DNA of 64,000 nucleotides from NCBI GenBank assembly GCA_043821485.1, contig JBDRCU010000057.1:598-64597 (forward strand), in the 5' to 3' direction. The notes under the pieces are model-generated. The model was not told where the DNA came from and ran no database searches. It was given only the letters and a program-made list of their open reading frames with translations. Made by a program: the position numbers and the translations under genes. The stretch's first letter is position 1. Every line of letters begins with the position of its first letter. This document shows positions 18,362-27,229 of this stretch, piece by piece. Source of the stretch: Parcubacteria group bacterium (GTDB lineage: Bacteria > Patescibacteriota > Minisyncoccia > 2-02-FULL-40-12 > IGHO2-01-FULL-4-A).

Positions 18362-20542
18362 ATGAAATTAGTTATAGTGGAGAGCCCTACCAAGGCTCGT
18401 ACAATTTTGAAGTTTTTATCTAAAGACTACAACGTATTGTCTTCTTTTGGACATGTCAGAGATTTGCCGAAACGCGATATGGGAGTTGATATTGAACATG
18501 GCTTTAAACCCAAGTACGTTATTCCAACCAAAGCCCGTAAAGCAATAAAGGCATTGAAAGAAGCAGCTGCTAAGTCAGATGAAATAATAATGGCTACTGA
18601 TAAGGATCGTGAAGGTGAAGCTATTGCATGGCATTTAACATATATATTGAAGCAAGATCCAAAGACTGTTAAGAGAATCGTTTTTCATGAGATTACCAAG
18701 AGTGCTATTGAGGATGCATTAGCACATCCGCATGGGATAGACAGCAATTTGGTTGAGGCACAGCAAGCCAGACGCATTCTGGATAGATTGGTGGGTTATG
18801 AGCTATCGCCGTTTTTGTGGAAGAAAGTTCGTTATGGTTTATCGGCAGGACGAGTACAAAGTGTTGCAGTACGCCTTGTTGTTGAACGTGAACGTGAGAT
18901 TGAAGCATTTAATGCACAAGAATATTGGACCATTGAAGCAGACCTTGCAAAGAAGGGAGACGATCAATCTTTTCGTGCACGCCTTACCAAAGAAGACGGC
19001 AAAGCATTAGATAAACTTGAGATCAAAGACGGAGATCATGCTAAGAAAATCCTAGACACTCTTGAAGGAGCCAATTACAAAGTAATCGATATTCAAAAGA
19101 AAGAAGTAAAACGTAATCCCTCTCCCCCATTTATTACCTCTACTCTTCAGCAAGAGGCTGCACGCAAATTAGGACTGTCAGCAAAACAAACAATGATGAT
19201 TGCACAGAAACTTTATGAAACAGGACTCATAACATATATGAGAACGGATAGTCTGAATATGGCGGAAAGTGCATTGTCTCAAGCACATGAAGTTATTACA
19301 AAAACATTCGGAGCCAAATACGCATTGGATACTCCGCGTAGATACAAAACTAAATCCAAAGGAGCACAAGAAGCACACGAAGCTATTAGGCCAACTAATT
19401 TATCGAAGAGCGCAGAAGATTTAAGGGGCGGGGATAGCGTTAATAAAAGGTTATATGACCTTATCTGGAAGCGTACTCTTGCAACGCAGATGGCTGTTGC
19501 TGTTTTTGATCAGACTGCAGTTGATATTGAAGCTGGGAAGTATACATTCAGAGCCAATGGTCAGGTTGTGAAGTTTGATGGCTTTATTCGTGTATATACT
19601 GAAGGCAGAGATGATGGAAATGGTAGTGACATTGAAGGTCAATTGCCGGAATTATCCAAAGATGAAGAGCTCAATCTTGAGAAATTGGAAAATATACAGC
19701 ATTTTACTGAACCACCTCCAAGATACAGTGATGCGACATTGATTAAAGCACTTGAAGCGAATGGTATTGGTAGACCGTCCACTTATGCTCCAACATTGAG
19801 CACGATTCAGGATCGTGATTATGTTGAAAAAGAAGAGAAGAGATACAAGCCAACTGAAGTAGGTTTTCTTGTGAATGATATTCTGGTTGAACATTTTCCT
19901 GAAATCGTAGATATGAACTTTACATCGCATATTGAAGAGGAGCTTGATGATATTGCAGAGGGCAAACTTAGTTGGTCAACAGTTCTTAAGGAATTTTATC
20001 AGCCATTTAAAAAGAATCTTGAATTAAAGAAAGAAAGTGTGGAGAAAGTAGAAGAAGAATCAGATGTTAAGTGTGAACATTGCAGTGAGAATATGATGAT
20101 TAAGTTTGGACGTAATGGTAAATTTCTTGCTTGTCCCGATCCAGAGAGTAAGATAACCAAGCCCTTGCCAGAAGAGCAGGAACAGCTTGATGCTCTCGCA
20201 ATCCAAACCAAAGACGAAATATGTCCCGAGTGCAAGGGTCCTATGAAAGTCCGCAAAGGACGTTTTGGATATTTTCTTGGATGTGTAGATTATCCCAAGT
20301 GCAAAGGCATAGCCAAAATCGTAACAAGGATCGGTTTTGACTGCCCTAATTGTGGTAAAGGCGAACTTATTGAACGCAAGTCTCGCGGACGCGGTAAACT
20401 GTTCTACGGATGCTCTGCTTATCCTGATTGTTCATTTTTGATTAATGAAATACCTGAAAGTAAAGAAAGACTATTTGATATGTTGGAAGAATGGAAAGTT
20501 AAACCAAAACGCAAATCAAGAGTTGTAAGAAGGAAGAAATAG
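18362..20542 (+). CDS. topA: DNA topoisomerase I with C-terminal zinc ribbons
   Basis: Toprim N-terminus (KLVIVESPTKARTI), the active-site Tyr region, and three C4 zinc ribbons at the C-terminus. Confidence 0.95.
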   Translation: MKLVIVESPTKARTILKFLSKDYNVLSSFGHVRDLPKRDMGVDIEHGFKPKYVIPTKARKAIKALKEAAAKSDEIIMATDKDREGEAIAWHLTYILKQDPKTVKRIVFHEITKSAIEDALAHPHGIDSNLVEAQQARRILDRLVGYELSPFLWKKVRYGLSAGRVQSVAVRLVVEREREIEAFNAQEYWTIEADLAKKGDDQSFRARLTKEDGKALDKLEIKDGDHAKKILDTLEGANYKVIDIQKKEVKRNPSPPFITSTLQQEAARKLGLSAKQTMMIAQKLYETGLITYMRTDSLNMAESALSQAHEVITKTFGAKYALDTPRRYKTKSKGAQEAHEAIRPTNLSKSAEDLRGGDSVNKRLYDLIWKRTLATQMAVAVFDQTAVDIEAGKYTFRANGQVVKFDGFIRVYTEGRDDGNGSDIEGQLPELSKDEELNLEKLENIQHFTEPPPRYSDATLIKALEANGIGRPSTYAPTLSTIQDRDYVEKEEKRYKPTEVGFLVNDILVEHFPEIVDMNFTSHIEEELDDIAEGKLSWSTVLKEFYQPFKKNLELKKESVEKVEEESDVKCEHCSENMMIKFGRNGKFLACPDPESKITKPLPEEQEQLDALAIQTKDEICPECKGPMKVRKGRFGYFLGCVDYPKCKGIAKIVTRIGFDCPNCGKGELIERKSRGRGKLFYGCSAYPDCSFLINEIPESKERLFDMLEEWKVKPKRKSRVVRRKK

Positions 20543-20582
20543 CTGGATTTATCCCAGAAATTAGGTATAGTATAGGTGCATT

Positions 20583-20673
<91 letters not shown>

Positions 20674-20767
20674 ATTGTATTTTTGAATATAAGTAGATTC
20701 TATCTGTGTATAACTTTTTTACATAAGTTATTGACAAAGTTTTTTACATCAGTTATACTGGTGTATT

Positions 20768-21547
20768 ATGTTTGGAAAGCTTATACGACAACAACGCAAA
20801 AAATTTAATCTCTCGCAGGAATATCTTGCATTAGAGCTTGGTATCTCCCGCCCTACCCTTGTGCAGATTGAGCGTGGAGAGCGAGATTTGACTATAAATG
20901 AAGCGAGAAAGATTGCAGATGTTTTTGCTATGAGATTTGAAGACTTCATTGCTGGCAAAACGAGCAAGGTGCCGAAGCGGGAAGTGATTATAGAGAAAGG
21001 AAAGAGCAGACTAAAGCAGGTTGATCTTAAGATTCGCGTAACTAGTAAGAATCTGGATAAGTTTAAGCAGATACTTTTGTATATACTTGGGAAGATCGGC
21101 GGGAAACCCAATGTTGGCGAAACGGTTTTACACAAATTACTCTACTTTATTGATTTTGACTATTATGAAAAGTTTGAAGAAAACCTGATGGGTGCAACAT
21201 ACATTAAAAATCATCACGGGCCCACTTCAGTTGAGCTAGGTCCCATAATCAAAGACATGCAGGCAGATAAAGAGATAGAAACCGTGAACAGCAAATACTT
21301 TAAATATGAACAAAAGAAGTATCTTCCGCTTAAGCGCCCTGATCTTGGCAGGCTCACAGCCCGTGAAGTTGAGCACATTGATGATGTGCTTGCGCGCCTT
21401 TCGGACAAGAATGCAAAAGAAATAGAGAATTATTCGCATGGAGACATTCCGTGGAAAACGGCTGAGCGTGGCGAGCCTCTTTCATATGAAAGTGTCTTTT
21501 ATCGTGACGAAAGGTATTCCGTGAGAAATTACGATGATGAACTTTGA
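20768..21547 (+). CDS. XRE-family HTH fused to Panacea (DUF4065, SocA-like) domain: putative antitoxin
   Basis: N-terminal HTH (LSQEYLALELGISRPTLVQIERGERD). The central TVLHKLLYFIDFDYYEKF segment is typical of Panacea/DUF4065. A 14-nt overlap with the downstream RelE-like ORF. Confidence 0.65.
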   Translation: MFGKLIRQQRKKFNLSQEYLALELGISRPTLVQIERGERDLTINEARKIADVFAMRFEDFIAGKTSKVPKREVIIEKGKSRLKQVDLKIRVTSKNLDKFKQILLYILGKIGGKPNVGETVLHKLLYFIDFDYYEKFEENLMGATYIKNHHGPTSVELGPIIKDMQADKEIETVNSKYFKYEQKKYLPLKRPDLGRLTAREVEHIDDVLARLSDKNAKEIENYSHGDIPWKTAERGEPLSYESVFYRDERYSVRNYDDEL

Positions 21548-21866
21548 CGAGCTGCCGGAATTTGTAAAAGAATTCAAAAGGCTTTTGAAAAAATACAGGT
21601 CTCTTCAGGGTGACTTGAATGAATTTAAACGTATTGTTTCTGTTCTGCCCCTGGGTACGGGAAGGCATTTTAATGTTGTTTCAAGTATTGGAAACGTAGA
21701 CGTAGTAAAGGCGCGTCTTTTTTGTAGGTATCTGAAAGGGTCGTCTCTTCGGATTATTTATGCATACATCAGGGAGCAGAAAAGGATCGAATTCATAGAA
21801 ATATACTTCAAGGGTGATAAAGAGAACGAAGACCGTGGCAGGATTGTAGGATATTTGGAATCGTAG
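21534..21866 (+). CDS. RelE/ParE-superfamily toxin-like protein
   Basis: 110 aa with a RelE-like C-terminal segment (RIIYAYIREQKRIEFIEIYFKGDKENED). Paralogous to the ORF at 23323..23673 (shared LKKYRSL and YFKGDxE motifs). Confidence 0.6.
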   Translation: MMNFDELPEFVKEFKRLLKKYRSLQGDLNEFKRIVSVLPLGTGRHFNVVSSIGNVDVVKARLFCRYLKGSSLRIIYAYIREQKRIEFIEIYFKGDKENEDRGRIVGYLES

Positions 21867-21895
21867 TAGAATGGATTTTTTGTTATAATACCCAT

Positions 21896-22459
21896 ATGCC
21901 TAATATCAGCCGTACGCTAAAAGTCTTATTCTTCTATAATTCGATTTTTATGTTTGCGGCCAAATTACTTGGTCCGCTCTATGCTATTTTTGTAGGAGGT
22001 ATTGGAGGTAGTGTAATGATGGTAAGTGTTTCCTGGGCTGTATTCATAGGTTCAGCTACATTTTTTTCAATAATAATTGCGCGCATAGGAGATAGGATCC
22101 GTCATAAAAGAAAACTTCTTGCAATGGGTTATCTTGTAAGCGCTATTGCATGGTTCGGATATCTTTTTGTAGGTTCGATTACTGGTCTTTTGATAGTGCA
22201 GATTATTCTTGGGCTTGGAGATGCTTTGGCAATCCCTTCTTTTGATACAATTTTTGCAGAACATATAGACAAAAAGATCGATGTAAGAGAATATGCCGAT
22301 TGGAATATTATTCTAAATATCGCTGTTATGATAGGCACCCTTGTAGGAGGGCTTATCGTAACACGCTTTGGATTTGATCATCTGTTTACAGTAATGGGGG
22401 TTCTTGCATTGCTAGCATCTATAGGCGTGGCGATTCAACCGAGACATGTATTAGATTGA
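21896..22459 (+). pseudogene. MFS transporter half (6 TM), probable gene fragment
   Basis: 187 aa with MFS motif-A-like loop GDRIRHKRKLL, but only about half the length of a 12-TM MFS permease. Confidence 0.4.
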
Positions 22460-22470
22460 GTTGTTTGGGT

Positions 22471-22818
22471 TTAATCTAATTCTTCCCAGCTCCCATCAAG
22501 ATTTACGAAGAATGCTCTGACTGTGCGGTTAGAGTGTTTTTGTTTTGTACGATTGAAGGCTTTAATTAGATCGTCTTTCGTTGCACCAGCACCGCAGTCT
22601 TCATGCACTGTGAGTACTATTGTGTTTGGTTCATGAAGTTTGCATGAAAGGTCGCACCATTCATCGACGAGTTGAGGCTGTTTGCCTGCTCCCCCAGGTA
22701 TGGATACGCGGTCTGCAGTCTCTATATTTAGAGACTTAAGCAGTTCTGCTAGGGTATTTTGTATTCTCCAGTCTATACATTGGACCAAGACACCATTGCA
22801 TTTGTGAATTTTTGACAT
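22471..22818 (-). CDS. small beta-carbonic-anhydrase-like protein (tentative)
   Basis: CxDxR (CIDWR) and HxxCG (HEDCGAG) motifs in the beta-CA arrangement. At 115 aa it is too short for a canonical beta-CA. Confidence 0.3.
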   Translation of the reverse strand: MSKIHKCNGVLVQCIDWRIQNTLAELLKSLNIETADRVSIPGGAGKQPQLVDEWCDLSCKLHEPNTIVLTVHEDCGAGATKDDLIKAFNRTKQKHSNRTVRAFFVNLDGSWEELD

Positions 22819-23005
22819 AGATATTTATGTTAAACTATAAGTATGAACAAAACAATATTAATTTCAGGATGAGGTTAGACTCTGGAATATGTACTACAAT
22901 GATTTGGAACATTGTGGGTTAAATGGTAAAACACCTAATCAAGTCCTTGGTCTAATCTAGGTGCAATATGTTTATACCTAAAACATGTGACAGTCTAGCA
23001 ATCTC

Positions 23006-23034
23006 TTGACAGTGGAGATCTCAAAATGTTAGCA
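23006..23034 (+). promoter_or_regulatory. sigma70-like promoter (TTGACA-17-TTAGCAT) plus tandem direct repeats TCCATATATAA/TCCATATATCA (23044..23065), candidate operator of the RHH antitoxin
   Basis: Consensus -35 hexamer, 17-nt spacer, A/T-rich -10 region. Two 11-nt direct repeats lie immediately before the antitoxin start. Confidence 0.4.
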
Positions 23035-23064
23035 TATATAAGATCCATATATAATCCATATATC

Positions 23065-23319
23065 ATGCCTATTGTGAATTTTACAGTACCGACCACCCTC
23101 GAGAGAAGAATCGTTAGTGGTATTAAGAAAAACGGCTTTTCCAGTAAAGCTGAATTTTTTCGTATGGCAGCACTTCGCTATTTACAGGAGCTTGAAATGT
23201 TAGGTATGACGTCAGATCAACGGAGAAGTTATCTCGTAAAACAAATTGATAAGCATATGACCAGACTGTACAAAGGCAAAAAGATTCCGTCGCTCGAAGA
23301 GCAGCTTGCGGATATCTGA
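23065..23319 (+). CDS. ribbon-helix-helix (CopG/Arc-like) antitoxin
   Basis: MPIVNFTVPTTLERRIV beta-strand N-terminus typical of RHH. The start is chosen at the internal ATG 23065 because the upstream part of the ORF is tandem repeats. Confidence 0.55.
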   Translation: MPIVNFTVPTTLERRIVSGIKKNGFSSKAEFFRMAALRYLQELEMLGMTSDQRRSYLVKQIDKHMTRLYKGKKIPSLEEQLADI

Positions 23320-23322
23320 CAT

Positions 23323-23673
23323 ATGCCCAGAGTTGTCATACTCCCCTATTTTTTAAAAAGTGCTAAGGGTTACCTAAAGAAGTATCGCAGTTTAGAGCGT
23401 ACTATTGTTGATGTCTTGGGAAGATTCAGCCCATCCCATCACGTTCATCTAGGTAACAATATTTATAAAGTACGTTTTTCAATTAAAGAAATTACAAAGG
23501 GAAAAAGCAAAGTATTCAGATTGATACTGCGTCTTACTTCGGATCATAAATTTTTGATACCCGTATTTATGTATTTCAAAGGAGATCGTGAGACTGTAAG
23601 TGATAATGAGATAAATGAACATCTCTCAGAGATATTATTAGAGCTTAAAGAATTCGAGAGAACTTTGAATTAG
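23323..23673 (+). CDS. RelE/ParE-superfamily toxin-like protein (paralog of 21534..21866)
   Basis: Shared motifs with the first toxin-like ORF. It starts 4 nt after the RHH gene. Confidence 0.6.
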   Translation: MPRVVILPYFLKSAKGYLKKYRSLERTIVDVLGRFSPSHHVHLGNNIYKVRFSIKEITKGKSKVFRLILRLTSDHKFLIPVFMYFKGDRETVSDNEINEHLSEILLELKEFERTLN

Positions 23674-23763
23674 ATAGGCTATAAAACGAATCAGCGCCGG
23701 GTCCCGTAATGGGAGCCCGGCGCTTGAGGTTCTAGGGGACGACGACCTTACTGTCGTCCGGAT

Positions 23764-24486
23764 TTAGTGTTGCGCCCACATGTCGTAGCAGGTCTTGCCG
23801 CCGGTTTCGCAGTCCAGCGACGCGACGTTATTGGTCTTGGCGGAATAGTGGTAGCAGGTGTAGTAGCACTGCCATATGCTTCCGTAGATACGATAAGGGC
23901 CGCAGGGTAGGTCGTTGAGCCTGCGGAATGTCACCTTGGCCTTTGCTTGGGCTGGCAGATATACGTACCCCAGGTAGTAGTACCTGGAGCACTCTACATT
24001 GAGGACCCAGAGGTCAACGTAGCTTCCGGCGTAGTATTCCTCTTTGCCGAATTTTTTAAACAGCTTGATCGTGATTTTCTTCCGGTTCATCCGGAAGTCT
24101 TCGATCCTGAACATCTCCCAGTTTGTCTCATCTACCGCGTTGGCGGTCTGGGCGGTGTCGCCGTTCAGGACGAGAGCCGAGGAGGCAGTGGACAGGCTGT
24201 CCATCTTCGCCTCGAATTCGTTCTTCGCCACGGTGGCCCCGGGCATCAGTCCGAAGACCTCATCAGGGCGATCCGTTTTTCCTTCGAATTCCTGTTCGTT
24301 CAGGAGTTCGATGTCGCGGAAGCTTCCCTGTTCGCCGTCAGTGAAGGGGGTGGGCGCGTGGTCGGCGGTCAGGTTGCTGCCGATTTCCCCGAGCGTGTCG
24401 GGGGTGACCGGATTCGAGCTGCAAGCTGCGAACGTCATCATCGCTACCACGATCAAGATCTGGAAACCGAAACCGTTCTGTCTCAT
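23764..24486 (-). CDS. lipoprotein of unknown function, GC-rich (foreign)
   Basis: Signal peptide with lipobox FAAC. Multiple C-terminal Cys (CGPYRIYGSIWQCYYTCYHY...C...C). GC content far above the host. Flanked by GC hairpins at 23690..23725 and 23740..23765. Confidence 0.55.
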   Translation of the reverse strand: MRQNGFGFQILIVVAMMTFAACSSNPVTPDTLGEIGSNLTADHAPTPFTDGEQGSFRDIELLNEQEFEGKTDRPDEVFGLMPGATVAKNEFEAKMDSLSTASSALVLNGDTAQTANAVDETNWEMFRIEDFRMNRKKITIKLFKKFGKEEYYAGSYVDLWVLNVECSRYYYLGYVYLPAQAKAKVTFRRLNDLPCGPYRIYGSIWQCYYTCYHYSAKTNNVASLDCETGGKTCYDMWAQH

Positions 24487-24620
24487 TTTCTACCTCCGGC
24501 TTGATAGCCAGTTTAGGGGCGTTTTTCTACGTAAAAGGCGCCTATAAAGCGCCTAACTATAAAGACACCTTACCATATATAACGGGTAAAGTCAAGATGT
24601 GTGACTTTGTCTAAAATAGC

Positions 24621-26150
24621 CTAAATACTCTCCATTATTTCAATATCAGCCCCTATGCTTTGAAGGCGGGTTACGAGATCTTCATATCCCCTATTTATTG
24701 AATAAACATTTCTTAATATTGAAGTACCTTCTGCTGCAAGCATGCCGATAAGTATTATTGCTGTTGGGCGAAGTGCTGGTGGCGAGACGATTTGAGATGC
24801 TTTGAGTTTGGTTGGGCCGTCTATAAAGACTCTGTGCGGATCAGCAAGCGTGATTTCAGCTCCAAGCTTATTCATATCTGTATAGTAGATAGCTCGTTGT
24901 TCATAAATCCAGTCATGGATTAATGTTTTACCTTTTGCTTGCGTTGCAATAGGTACAAAGAAAGGTAAATTATCTGGATTTATGCCAGGATAAGGTAGCG
25001 GATGGATGCTGTCTTGAGGCGCTACTAATTTGGAGGGCAAGGTTTTAATATCCATTAATTTAGTGTAACCATTCCTGCCCTTGTAGCGTTTAAGAATTTT
25101 GTATTTAAAGCCCATTTTAGACATATGTAGGAGTTCCAACTCGAGAAAATCAATAGGGCATTGGGTAATAGTGATCGTTGAATTGGTTGTTGCGGCAAGA
25201 GACAAAAAGAGCATGGACTCAATAGGGTCTTGCATGATTGGATACGAGATGTCTTTTTTGATTTTGGTTTTGCCATGGATGACTAGCGTGGAAGTACCGA
25301 TGCCGTCGATCTTTATGCCGAGCTTTTCAAGGAAATAACATAAGTCTTGAACCATATAGTTAGAAGATGCGATTTTGATTGTGGTTTTACCCGGAACAAG
25401 TGTTGAAGCCATTATGATGTTTTCAGTCGCAGTAACACTCGCTTCATACATTATAATTTCTTGATCCTTTTTGAGACGGGATGCTTGTACGTGATATGCA
25501 GTGTCAGTTGTTTTGATTTTGATTCCGAGTTTTTCAAGTGCAAATAAATGAGGCCTGACAGTTCGTTTGCCTAATTTGCAACCGCCTGCATTCGGTAGCT
25601 CGAAGTTTTTAAAATGGTGTACCAATGGGCCTATCATCATTAATACGCTTCTAGTGCGTTTGGCAGATTTCTTGTTTAGTTTATCGAGCTTAATGCGTCT
25701 TGGAGGCGTGATTTCAAGTTTGTCTCCTATCCATTTGATTGACACACCTATACTTTGAAGAACTTCTATAATCCGAAAGACCTCTTCAATGCGAGGCATA
25801 TATTCAAGTGTTGTTTTGCCTTTATTGAGAAGCGAAGCAATCAGGATTGAAAGGGCTGCATTCTTAGCAGTGTTGGTTGTAATAGTACCTGATAGTTTCT
25901 TGCCTCCGGTTATTCGGAAGTTCATAGTTGAGCCAGTGAGTTTAATCAGACTTCTATGGAGTACATGTCCCATGCGAAAAAGCATTTCCGTACTTAAATT
26001 CTGTTCGCCTTTTTCCATGCGGGCAACTGCGCTTTGGCTTGTTTTGAGAGCTTTGGCAAATTCTCCTTGCGTCATCCTGCGCTGTTCGCGTAGCCATGCA
26101 ATTAGATGGCCAATCTTTTGTTGTTGAGGGAAATCTGATTTTTTAGACAT
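24621..26150 (-). CDS. murA: UDP-N-acetylglucosamine 1-carboxyvinyltransferase (MurA) fused to an N-terminal XRE-type HTH domain
   Basis: The N-terminal 70 aa are HTH (RMTQGEFAKALKTSQSAVARMEKGEQ). The remaining ~430 aa are MurA with the catalytic loop NAGGCKLGKRTVRPH (Cys) and a C-terminal YEDLVTRLQSIGADIE. Confidence 0.8.
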   Translation of the reverse strand: MSKKSDFPQQQKIGHLIAWLREQRRMTQGEFAKALKTSQSAVARMEKGEQNLSTEMLFRMGHVLHRSLIKLTGSTMNFRITGGKKLSGTITTNTAKNAALSILIASLLNKGKTTLEYMPRIEEVFRIIEVLQSIGVSIKWIGDKLEITPPRRIKLDKLNKKSAKRTRSVLMMIGPLVHHFKNFELPNAGGCKLGKRTVRPHLFALEKLGIKIKTTDTAYHVQASRLKKDQEIIMYEASVTATENIIMASTLVPGKTTIKIASSNYMVQDLCYFLEKLGIKIDGIGTSTLVIHGKTKIKKDISYPIMQDPIESMLFLSLAATTNSTITITQCPIDFLELELLHMSKMGFKYKILKRYKGRNGYTKLMDIKTLPSKLVAPQDSIHPLPYPGINPDNLPFFVPIATQAKGKTLIHDWIYEQRAIYYTDMNKLGAEITLADPHRVFIDGPTKLKASQIVSPPALRPTAIILIGMLAAEGTSILRNVYSINRGYEDLVTRLQSIGADIEIMESI

Positions 26151-26278
26151 AATATATATTTAGGTAATAGGATTTCAATATATCACATGTGATATATTCG
26201 TGTAAAGGGTTATTCTTGATGGCAATTTAGTATCGCGGGGTTTGCGTATGTGTCCGGCTCATATATACTGGAATTACT

Positions 26279-27226
26279 ATGAAAACAATTGTAGTAACAG
26301 GAGGTGCGGGATTCATTGGATCTAATCTTGTTGATCGATTAATATCTGATGGATTTAGAGTTGTAGTAATAGATGACTTTTCTGAGGGTAAAGAAGAGAA
26401 CCTTGCTCAACACAAAGACAATGATGTGACGATATACAGACGCAGTATTACAGAAGATTTGAATGATATATTTGAAAAAGAGAGGCCCGAAGCGATTATG
26501 CATCTTGCAGCGCTTGCACGAGTACCCCTATCTATTGCTAAACCGCGTGAGACCAACGATGTAAATTTGAATGGGACACTTAATCTGTTAATCACTGCGA
26601 ATGACCATGGAGTAAAAAGATTTGTGAATTATGGAAGCTCATCTGAATACGGTGATCCACCAACACGGCCTTTTAAGGAAGATATGGTGCTCCAACCCCT
26701 ATCCCCTTATGGATTGCAGAAGCTTGCCGCGGATCACTATGCAAGACTTTTCCATATTATGCATGGCATGGAAACCATCACATTGCGTCCTTTCAATGTA
26801 TTTGGACGACGCATGAATCATGAAGGAGCATATGCATTGCTTATTGGCAAAGTTCATGCTTGGCTGTTTAATGGAGCTAGGTTTTTCATAAATGGAGACG
26901 GAGAACAGACAAGGGATTTTACATATATTGACGATGTAATAGAGGCAACAATGATTGCTATGATGACCGATAATGAAAAATGCTTTGGACAGTCATTTAA
27001 TGTGGGAGGAGGTCGCGCACATATAGTGAATGAAGTTGTGGATAAGATTATAATTTTCAGCGGTAAAAGCATATCGCCTGAGCATGGTCCTGCGCTTATT
27101 GAGCCTCATGACACTCTTGCAGATGTATCCAAGAGTAAGGAGTTATTGGGATGGGAGGCTAAAGCGGATTTTGACGAAGGATTGAAAAAAACATTTGAAT
27201 ATTTTAAAGAATTGTTTAATAAATAG
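26279..27226 (+). CDS. NAD-dependent nucleotide-sugar epimerase/dehydratase
   Basis: Rossmann motif VTGGAGFIGSNL and the YxxxK catalytic pair region (YGLQKLAADHY). Confidence 0.85.
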   Translation: MKTIVVTGGAGFIGSNLVDRLISDGFRVVVIDDFSEGKEENLAQHKDNDVTIYRRSITEDLNDIFEKERPEAIMHLAALARVPLSIAKPRETNDVNLNGTLNLLITANDHGVKRFVNYGSSSEYGDPPTRPFKEDMVLQPLSPYGLQKLAADHYARLFHIMHGMETITLRPFNVFGRRMNHEGAYALLIGKVHAWLFNGARFFINGDGEQTRDFTYIDDVIEATMIAMMTDNEKCFGQSFNVGGGRAHIVNEVVDKIIIFSGKSISPEHGPALIEPHDTLADVSKSKELLGWEAKADFDEGLKKTFEYFKELFNK

Positions 27227-27229
27227 ACT

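Noticed and set aside
23026-23064. N-terminal 13 codons of the RHH antitoxin ORF (MLAYIRSIYNPYI)
   Set aside because: The DNA here is two tandem 11-nt direct repeats just downstream of a consensus promoter. It is more likely operator/5'-UTR than coding.
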